Source: Armatimonadia bacterium
GTDB lineage: Bacteria; Armatimonadota; Zipacnadia; Zipacnadales; UBA11051
Direction: 5' to 3'
Length of the DNA: 14,221 nt
NCBI GenBank assembly: GCA_039683575.1
Contig: JBDKRC010000202.1
Coordinates: 1 to 14,221, forward strand
The notes beneath the pieces are model-generated. The model made no database searches. It was not told where the DNA came from and worked only from the letters and a program-made list of their open reading frames with translations. Both the position numbers and the translations under genes were made by a program. Within the stretch, counting starts at the first letter, position 1, and every line of letters starts with the position of its first letter. Shown in pieces: positions 7,172 through 14,117 of the stretch.

Positions 7172-9768
7172 GCCCCTTCCTTTGCGATAAACGCCCAACA
7201 GCCCGGGTCACCGGGCTTCACCTTGTACCCATTCTCGTTGCAGAAGCCGGTGGCCTCATCCCGGTTGGTGCAGCGGCCGCACACCTCATCCCGCGAGACC
7301 TGCAGCTGCTCGAGTACGGCAGTGACCGTGCCGGGCACGTGGATCTCGTGCGGGTCCAGCGTCTTCGCCGGGCTCGTCCCGACTGGCGGGATGATGAAGG
7401 TGCTGGTGCCGTGCGATCGTGACCAGGCGACGTCGCACAGCATGTTGGCGTAGCTGAAGTGAGGGTCGATGCCGATCTTCTTCACGCTGCGCTTGTACTG
7501 GTTGGTTTCCTCGTCCTTCTCGGCCACCAGTGCGGTCTTGGTGAGGTGAGTGAACATGCGGGGCAGGACAGGCACGGTCTGCCGCTGGCCCTTCTCAATC
7601 ACCTCCTGGACAAGCCCCTGCGGGTCAGGGAAGAGGCAGAACGGCTGCTTGCCCGTGAACCTGGCCATGGACACCTGCATGCACTTGTACTGGTCCATGC
7701 GCAGCGTGTAGCGGTCTCGCTCATCCTCGTCGGTCCGGCGATCGGACGCATCCATTTTAGGACCGTCACCCCAGACGATCATGCCCTCGACCACCGAGCC
7801 GAAGCTGTTGCAGATAAAGACCCGGCCGGGGTGCCGGTTGGCGAAGCGCTTGGCGTCGTTGTAGTTCGGGTTGATTTCCACCACGCAGACCGCCACGCCA
7901 TAGGCATCCATGAGCTCGGAGCAGCGATCGAACGGATCCGCGCTGTAGACCTCCTCGACATGGATCGTGGCCTGGCGCCCGTCCGGCAGGCGCTCCTTGA
8001 TGACCACGACGTTGAAGTTGCCCATCTGGTCGATGCCCATGTAGGTGCCAGTGGCGCGCGTCTTCCAGGTGACGCCGGCGGCCTTGCCGGCCTCCACGCA
8101 GGCCGCCAGGTGCTCGAGGTTCACCGGCACCTGGCTCGGGTCGAGATACGGCTTCCCGAGCTTACGGTTGAAGAAGTTCTTCATATCCGTAGCGGTGTTG
8201 TAGGCGAAGATGATTTCACCTGGGCTGATCGTGGGCGACAGGAACTGCGGGAAGTGAATCGACCGGATGGGCGCCTCGCCCTTCTCGTTCTCGGGTGCGT
8301 CCGGTATCCATTCGCCGCGCTGGGGATCATCGATCCAGCCACCGCACTCCGCGCAGACATACCGGTGCCGGTCGATCGAGGGGTCGAACTTGATGCACTC
8401 CGGGAAGTAGTCGTCGAGCGGCTTCCGGTTGAGGCAGTGCGGGCACTCGGTATGAAAGCGGAACTGGCTGCCGCGTTTGTACCAGTGATGAATGTCAGCG
8501 TCGGGCCAGTTGGCCGTTGAGCCCATGATCGTATAGCGGATGGAGCTGGCGGACAGACGCTCGCGGGTCTTTTCCATTTGCTCCAGGGTCATCTCCTGCA
8601 CCTCGTCGAAGGACAGGATATCCATGGGTATGGATTCGGTTGTGGCGCGGCCGGATGTCCACGAGAACACGAACATGGCCTCGGCGATGCGGCGGGTTCG
8701 CACGTTGCCCTCGGTGCCGGTCTTGCCGCCGTCATCCTTGTTGCTCGCCGTCATCAGGCGGTGCACGGGCGGGATGGTGCGGACGATCGGCATGAAGCGC
8801 TCGGAGGACTTGAGGCCTGCGAGGTTCATGTCAGGCAGGAACATACCTACCGTGGCAGGGCCGAACTTGATGCCAAGATAGATCACGGCCAGCATCTCCA
8901 TGACCGTAAAGCCCACCTGGGCGCACTTCATCAGCACCAGCGTCTTGCGGAAGGCCTCCTCCGGATTGCTGGGGATCTGGTCGTAGATCCACGCCATGGC
9001 CGGGCGGTTTTCGAGCGTGAAAGGCCGGCCATCCACCTTGAGGCCATCGGCCGCCAGGCGCTCGCACCACTGCCGGAAGGTCTCGTCGGGACCAATGACG
9101 CGCTGGGCCGCCGAGAGCTCGATCGCCACGTCGAGGAACTCGGCACCGAACCGCTGCCGGTATTCCGACTCGGTGACGCTCATCGCCTCGGTGGCGGTCT
9201 CCGCCGGCAGGTGCGGGTTGCTGAAGGAGTCGAACTGCCAGCAGGACCAGTCCGGATCCGACTGGCCCCGGTGCCACAGCTTGTAGAAGTCGTTCCGCTT
9301 GCCGTACGCGCCAGACAGGAACCATGCCTCGCCCTTGTGCTCGCGCAGGGCCTCGCTGAGCACGTCCTCCCAGAGGTTCAGGAAGTCGGGCACCTGGCGC
9401 ACGTTGTCGACCACGATCAGGCCGAACTGAGGGAAGCTGTCCCGCGGCTCATCGAGCGAGTAGAAGAACAGGCTGTTCCCGCTCTTGAGCTCGACCTCGC
9501 GCCGGTTCACCACGCGCTTGATCATCGGGTCGATTGCGCGCATCACCGTGCGTCGGACCTCGACCAGGTCGTCCTTGGTGGCGGAAAACCAGGCGACCGG
9601 CGCCTTGCCGGACAGGGCGCCGGCCTTGGATGTGATCAGTACCTCGATGCCGAGAGTCGTCTTGCCTGCCTTCTCGCCCATGGCGACGGCATTGAAACGG
9701 CTGGCACGGTCGAGAATCTTCTTCTGGGCTGGATGGGGCGTCGGGAGACGTATTTTGATTTCGGCCAT
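7168..9768 (-). CDS. terL: Terminase large subunit (GpA-type ATPase + nuclease) with an extra N-terminal Terminase_6-like ATPase domain
   Basis: GpA-like Walker A LVLMKCAQVGFT (cf. lambda KSARVGYS), Walker B ILSFDEV, motif III GST, Zn ribbon CPHC...CAEC, FFNRKLGKPY, nuclease YMGIDQ and C-terminal DPHFSYA. Residues 1-213 carry a second ATPase-like motif set. Confidence 0.9.
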   Translation of the reverse strand: MAEIKIRLPTPHPAQKKILDRASRFNAVAMGEKAGKTTLGIEVLITSKAGALSGKAPVAWFSATKDDLVEVRRTVMRAIDPMIKRVVNRREVELKSGNSLFFYSLDEPRDSFPQFGLIVVDNVRQVPDFLNLWEDVLSEALREHKGEAWFLSGAYGKRNDFYKLWHRGQSDPDWSCWQFDSFSNPHLPAETATEAMSVTESEYRQRFGAEFLDVAIELSAAQRVIGPDETFRQWCERLAADGLKVDGRPFTLENRPAMAWIYDQIPSNPEEAFRKTLVLMKCAQVGFTVMEMLAVIYLGIKFGPATVGMFLPDMNLAGLKSSERFMPIVRTIPPVHRLMTASNKDDGGKTGTEGNVRTRRIAEAMFVFSWTSGRATTESIPMDILSFDEVQEMTLEQMEKTRERLSASSIRYTIMGSTANWPDADIHHWYKRGSQFRFHTECPHCLNRKPLDDYFPECIKFDPSIDRHRYVCAECGGWIDDPQRGEWIPDAPENEKGEAPIRSIHFPQFLSPTISPGEIIFAYNTATDMKNFFNRKLGKPYLDPSQVPVNLEHLAACVEAGKAAGVTWKTRATGTYMGIDQMGNFNVVVIKERLPDGRQATIHVEEVYSADPFDRCSELMDAYGVAVCVVEINPNYNDAKRFANRHPGRVFICNSFGSVVEGMIVWGDGPKMDASDRRTDEDERDRYTLRMDQYKCMQVSMARFTGKQPFCLFPDPQGLVQEVIEKGQRQTVPVLPRMFTHLTKTALVAEKDEETNQYKRSVKKIGIDPHFSYANMLCDVAWSRSHGTSTFIIPPVGTSPAKTLDPHEIHVPGTVTAVLEQLQVSRDEVCGRCTNRDEATGFCNENGYKVKPGDPGCWAFIAKEGA

Positions 9769-9774
9769 TCTTCA

Positions 9775-9790
9775 ATTTTGCAGTCACGAC
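9775..9790 (-). promoter_or_regulatory. Putative phage late promoter for terL (GTCGTGAC-TG-CAAAAT)
   Basis: Third copy of the octamer + 2 nt + -10-like box, immediately after a terminator; 6 nt from the box to the ATG. Confidence 0.65.
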
Positions 9791-9815
9791 AACAAAAACC
9801 CCGCCGGAGCGGGGT
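9791..9815 (-). terminator. Rho-independent terminator ending the leftward early operon
   Basis: Minus strand ACCCCGC-TCCG-GCGGGGT followed by TTTTGTT, 4 nt after the stop of 9820-10050. Confidence 0.85.
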
Positions 9816-9819
9816 CTTG

Positions 9820-10050
9820 TCATTCTGGCTGGACGTCGGCCAACTGCATCAGTGTCTTGTAGGCTGTGTCGGCACGGTCAGTCTCGACCAGCGCCCGGTG
9901 CTCTTTCATGAACTCACGGATGCCGCGCTTCACCAGCCCAGGCTCCGCCCCGACCAGATCGACGGGGTGAAAAAAGTTGCCCTGGTAGTAGTAGAGCCGG
10001 CGCCGGCCGCGACCCGGTAGGTCCATGATGTGGATCTCGTTTGGGCTCAT
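9820..10050 (-). CDS. Phage hypothetical protein (76 aa)
   Basis: ATGA overlap with the deaminase stop, GAGG RBS, followed by a terminator. Confidence 0.72.
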   Translation of the reverse strand: MSPNEIHIMDLPGRGRRRLYYYQGNFFHPVDLVGAEPGLVKRGIREFMKEHRALVETDRADTAYKTLMQLADVQPE

Positions 10051-10490
10051 GTCGGCGCCTCGAAAAACGCGAACGGCTCCACCGTGATACCACCCTCGCG
10101 CAGCATGGACGCCGAGGTCGCAAGGCTGTCAGCCCAGCGAGCCTCGAACTCCGCGTCCACCAGGTACACGACGCGCTTCACCGTGCGGGCCGCCAGGATG
10201 TGCAGGGCGCAGCCGGCGCAGGGATGGCGAGTGACGTACAGCGTCTGCACCTCGAAGGGTGCATTCGCCAGCGCATTGACCTCCGCATGCAGGGTCAGCT
10301 GCAGCTTCTGCTCGCGATCGTGCAGCCGCTCGGGATGGTCACTTATCCCGGGCGGGAAGCCGTTGTAGCCCCAGGCCACGAGATTCGGCCGGTTGCCGAC
10401 GGCAATGCTGCAGACCTTTGTGCTGGGGTCTTTGCTCCAGATTTCGGCCAGAGCCACAGCTGAGCGCATGAAGCGGAGGTCTTTGCTCAT
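10047..10490 (-). CDS. dCMP deaminase (cytidine/deoxycytidylate deaminase family)
   Basis: SKDPSTKV, GYNGFPPG, Zn-binding HAE (LHAEVNAL) and PCxxC (HPCAGC) motifs. Confidence 0.92.
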   Translation of the reverse strand: MSKDLRFMRSAVALAEIWSKDPSTKVCSIAVGNRPNLVAWGYNGFPPGISDHPERLHDREQKLQLTLHAEVNALANAPFEVQTLYVTRHPCAGCALHILAARTVKRVVYLVDAEFEARWADSLATSASMLREGGITVEPFAFFEAPT

Positions 10491-10852
10491 GGCGTCACCT
10501 CCGGCACTTCCACCTCGTCACCCAACTTGCTGGCAACGAAGGCGCGCATGGCGGCGATCAGTGGTGTGGGGCCGAACTTCCAGCCTTCGGACCAGCTATC
10601 AGCGTCGGTGATCCGCGCGCCCCATTCCGGCGCGTCGTTGGACGGCCTCGTTTCGATGCGCTCGCGCTCGATGATCGGGCCGCCGTGGCTCCAGTCGGTT
10701 GAAGGGCTGAATATCTCAAGGTCACCATCGCCAAATCCGACCATGATGAAGTCTCCCTGCATGGCCTCATTGCAAAGAGGAAGGCCATCTGCCTTCGCCA
10801 CCGCCAAATCCAACTGCACTCCTATCAGGTCGGCCGTCTTGATCTTGACCAT
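10487..10852 (-). CDS. DUF2591 / NinX-like phage protein (121 aa)
   Basis: MVKIKTADLIGVQLDLAVAKA, FSPSTDWSHGGPIIERERI, GPTPLIAAMRAFVASKLGDEVEVP. True start is the ATG at 10852, 1 nt after the dUTPase stop. Confidence 0.85.
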   Translation of the reverse strand: MVKIKTADLIGVQLDLAVAKADGLPLCNEAMQGDFIMVGFGDGDLEIFSPSTDWSHGGPIIERERIETRPSNDAPEWGARITDADSWSEGWKFGPTPLIAAMRAFVASKLGDEVEVPEVTP

Positions 10853-10853
10853 G

Positions 10854-11750
10854 TCAGGCCCCCGTGCTGCCGAAGCCGCCCGTGCCGCGCTCGGTCTCGG
10901 TGAGGTCGGCCACCTCAACGAACTGCACCTGCTGCACGGGGATGACCATGGCCTGGGCGATGCGGTCGCCGTGGTTGACAGCGAAGCGCGGGAGGGCGCC
11001 CATGTTGTCACAGGTGAGCTTCACCTGCAGTTCACCACGGTAGTCGGAGTCGATCACGCCGACGCAGTTGGCCAGACGGATGTCGTTCTTGAAGCCGTGA
11101 CCGCTGCGGCTGAACACCAGCATCACGTGGTCCTCGGGAATCTGAAAGGCGAGGCCGGTGCGGATGGTTGCCGGCTGGTCAACATAGACCTCCTCGCAGA
11201 CATCATCATCCATGAATGCGTGCAGGTCGAAGCAGGCCGCCCCTTGGCTCTGGTACTTCGGCACAATGGCATCGGGGTGCAGCTTCTTGACCTTGAGCTG
11301 CAACACATTCTCGACCGGTGCGGTCGCCGGCCGGCAGTCCGCCAGAGCAAAGACGATGCCACGGCAGTAGACCTCACCGTCTTCAACGATCTCGAAGGTC
11401 TCGTGCGGGATTTCCGTCTGGTAGGTCCAGGAGATATTCGAGCCCGGCACGGCGCACCACTTGGCTTCGATTTCAAAGGCCAGCGGCTTGCGAGCCATGT
11501 AGTCGGCGATCTGCTCGTCCTCGTCGATATCTGCACGGTTCGGCAGGAGGCCGCGAGCGTCGACCAGGGCAGATCCGCCATCGTAGGCGCCGACTTCATC
11601 ATGGATGGCGCCGCGGAACTCCATCAGGTCATCGCTGGCACCAAACACCACGACGAGGCCGGCGGCCTTGGCCTGGGCTTCCTCGTCCTTGGTGATTTCG
11701 CGGGCGTATTCGCGGCCATTCAGCAGTGCAGCCAGTTCTTTTGCGTTCAC
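10854..11750 (-). CDS. dut: dUTPase (trimeric family) fused to an N-terminal ~140-aa phage domain of unknown function
   Basis: The C-terminal half has all five dUTPase motifs (ACFDL, SRSG, GVIDSDYRGE, GDRIAQ, RGTGGFGSTG). GTG start with an AAGAGGT RBS. Confidence 0.9.
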   Translation of the reverse strand: MNAKELAALLNGREYAREITKDEEAQAKAAGLVVVFGASDDLMEFRGAIHDEVGAYDGGSALVDARGLLPNRADIDEDEQIADYMARKPLAFEIEAKWCAVPGSNISWTYQTEIPHETFEIVEDGEVYCRGIVFALADCRPATAPVENVLQLKVKKLHPDAIVPKYQSQGAACFDLHAFMDDDVCEEVYVDQPATIRTGLAFQIPEDHVMLVFSRSGHGFKNDIRLANCVGVIDSDYRGELQVKLTCDNMGALPRFAVNHGDRIAQAMVIPVQQVQFVEVADLTETERGTGGFGSTGA

Positions 11751-11787
11751 GGGTATTACCTCTTCTTTTTGGGGCTATGCGCCCGGG

Positions 11788-12030
11788 TCACAGGGGAATC
11801 TTCGCAAGCTCGATCGCCTTGATGAGCCGCTGGTAGTTGGTGGGCTCATGGCCTTCGGATAGCTTCACGACCAGCACGCAGTCGTCGCCAAGCCCCCAAC
11901 GCAGAGCCAGGAAGCTGCCCGGCTCAATGTTGCCAAAGATGTCAATGCTAGGATTGGCGGCAAACGCCTCTGCAGCGCGCTTAGCGAAGGCCTGCTGCTC
12001 TTCCTCTTGCCCGAGGGTGGTCGTCCTCAT
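11788..12030 (-). CDS. Phage hypothetical protein (80 aa)
   Basis: ATGA overlap with the upstream gene, AAGGTG RBS; fills the gap in a co-directional operon. Confidence 0.72.
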   Translation of the reverse strand: MRTTTLGQEEEQQAFAKRAAEAFAANPSIDIFGNIEPGSFLALRWGLGDDCVLVVKLSEGHEPTNYQRLIKAIELAKIPL

Positions 12031-12434
12031 GGCAGCACCTTCGCGATCGCAGAAAGCGCGGCATTGTAGCGGGCCAGCGGCTTGTGAGCGATGCTGTCCA
12101 GATCGCCGGTGCCCGGGGCGGTATGGCTGTCAATGAGCGCCTTTCGGTCCTCCTCAATGACTGCCTTCGCCAGCTGGATAGCAGCCTCGGCATTCCGCAG
12201 CCGCTGCACGAGCTCCAGCACCGCAGCAGGGTTCGCGGCAGCGATGAAGCGCTGACGCTGACCATCCTTGCAGTCCGTCCGGAGGTATACCTCGACCACC
12301 TCCTGGCCCGCCTTCTCAGGGCCAAGAGCAGGGTCGGAGTGGCACAGGTAGATCGTACCAGTCCCGTCTCCGAACCATTGCTCCGGTCCCACGGCCAGTG
12401 CGGCCTGCTCGATAGCGTCAATGTCTATGTTCAC
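12027..12434 (-). CDS. Ead/Ea22-like phage protein
   Basis: NIDIDAIEQAALA..P.QW and RFIAAANPAAVLELVQRL signatures. The likely start is the GTG at 12434 after GGAGAAAGGAA. Confidence 0.8.
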   Translation of the reverse strand: MNIDIDAIEQAALAVGPEQWFGDGTGTIYLCHSDPALGPEKAGQEVVEVYLRTDCKDGQRQRFIAAANPAAVLELVQRLRNAEAAIQLAKAVIEEDRKALIDSHTAPGTGDLDSIAHKPLARYNAALSAIAKVLP

Positions 12435-12476
12435 TTCCTTTCTCCAGCCGGGCAGGCCCGGCACTCAAATACTCAG

Positions 12477-14117
12477 TTACTCAACACGGTCAGCGGTCAG
12501 GATCACCACGGATACGCTGGTGCCGGCGAATTGATTGTCGAACGGTCCGTACCAGTCGCAGTCCCACCCAGGCAGCAAGTCCTTGCCCTTGGCCGAGGCT
12601 GGAAGGATTGCGACAAGGCGGCCCGTCCAGAACCCTTTCCCGCCAGATTTCACCAGGCCGGCTGCAGCCTGCAGGTGTGCCTGCCAGCGGCCTTCGCTGA
12701 ACGGCGGGTTCATCACCACACGGTCAAACAGCGGCTTCATGACAGATGCCAGCGACAGGAAGTCCCCTTGCGTGACGGCGAAGCCCTTGGCTTCAAGAAT
12801 GCTTGCGCGCAGCTCTGAAACCTCGATGCAGTGCGTCGCATCCACCGGCATGTGATCAGCAATCGCTCCGGTACCGGCGCTCGGTTCCAGGCACTTCATG
12901 CCGGGTTGGATGTGCGCCATCTGCACCACCTTGGCCGCAAGGCCCTCCGGGGTCGGGTAGAACTGGTGCGACTTGTCATCCGGGATGCAGCCGCTGCACA
13001 CGATCTCGTCCAGCACCGCCTGCGGCTCATAGTCGAAGCGGAAGAGGGTCTGGTTGCCGATCTTGTCGCGCACGCCACCGATGGCTTCCAGCACGCGCTC
13101 GGCCTCGGCCATGGCGCCCTTGTCGGCATCGTAGACGCAGATGGCGCGCGTCCGCGGGATGTTGCGCCAGGGGTTGCGGAAGTCGTCCACCTTCTCCCGG
13201 GCCTCGGTGGCGCTGGCCAACAGGCCGACCACGGCAAAGGGCAGAGGCCGCTGCATCAACCGGTGTTCCTTCGGCGCCTTCTTCGGCCGCTCCCGGAACT
13301 TCGGCGGGATCGCCATGGGGTACAGGCTTGCCAGCACGCCATTCAGCCGCCACGCCATGTCCGGATGCACCTCGAGGTGGGCGGTGCCGGCGCCGTTGTA
13401 GATGCGCATCCGCAGCGCACCGCCATCGATGTCAGCCCACTCGCCGTTGCGCTGGCGCACCCGCTTGATCAGGCCATCGGTTGCGCCGTGCTTCGGCTCG
13501 TCGCGCCCCATGAACTTGGCGATGATGCAGCGCAGGTCGTTGATGTAGCCGCTGCGGCTCCAGCTCATGGAGCCATAGCTGTCGATCACCCCGGAGATGA
13601 TCATGCGCTTGCCAAAGCCCTCCGGCCGGTTGGTGACGTGCGTGCCAGACAGGGCGCGGAAGATGCCGTCGACCCGCTCAGCGAAAAACTTCGAACGGCT
13701 GGCAAGCATGTCCGCGATCGTGCTCCGGACGGTGTCCTCCTCGAAGTCAGGCGCCGTCTTGTTGCGGATCTGCTCGTGCCACTCGTCGCGCCGCTTCTGC
13801 GGCATGCAGTCGAGCACGTCGGTCAGGCCGAGAGCGCGCTGCCAGTAGGCGGAATTGAGCGACGCGATGGCGCCGGCCGGGTCGAACAGTTTGTCCAGCC
13901 GGTACCAGCCGTCACGCTCGCTCTTGTTGCCGTCGATGAAGTAATGCACCACGCCACCGAGCTCGCCGGCCATGACCTCGGCCACCTGATCAATGCGAGC
14001 ACGTTCCTGCTTGTACTGCCCGATCAGGCTGTCGATCAGGTCGGACGACATCGGCGCGAAGAATTCCGCGCTGTCATCGATCAGCTCGCCATCGAGGCTT
14101 TGGACGATGGCGTTCAA
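12477..14117 (-). CDS. DUF4942-type class I SAM-dependent (amino) DNA methyltransferase
   Basis: HQFYPTP, motif I LEPSAGTGAI, motif IV VVMNPPF; N-terminal region FFAERVDGIFRALS..HVTNRPEGFGKRMI. TTG start overlaps the upstream TGA. Confidence 0.85.
   Translation of the reverse strand: MNAIVQSLDGELIDDSAEFFAPMSSDLIDSLIGQYKQERARIDQVAEVMAGELGGVVHYFIDGNKSERDGWYRLDKLFDPAGAIASLNSAYWQRALGLTDVLDCMPQKRRDEWHEQIRNKTAPDFEEDTVRSTIADMLASRSKFFAERVDGIFRALSGTHVTNRPEGFGKRMIISGVIDSYGSMSWSRSGYINDLRCIIAKFMGRDEPKHGATDGLIKRVRQRNGEWADIDGGALRMRIYNGAGTAHLEVHPDMAWRLNGVLASLYPMAIPPKFRERPKKAPKEHRLMQRPLPFAVVGLLASATEAREKVDDFRNPWRNIPRTRAICVYDADKGAMAEAERVLEAIGGVRDKIGNQTLFRFDYEPQAVLDEIVCSGCIPDDKSHQFYPTPEGLAAKVVQMAHIQPGMKCLEPSAGTGAIADHMPVDATHCIEVSELRASILEAKGFAVTQGDFLSLASVMKPLFDRVVMNPPFSEGRWQAHLQAAAGLVKSGGKGFWTGRLVAILPASAKGKDLLPGWDCDWYGPFDNQFAGTSVSVVILTADRVE

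Noticed and set aside
10853-11011. ORF-track N-terminal extension of the DUF2591-like gene (likewise the 6731, 610 and 12464 starts)
   Set aside because: The extensions overlap upstream genes or hairpins; coupled or RBS-supported downstream starts (10852, 6773, 595, 12434) fit better.
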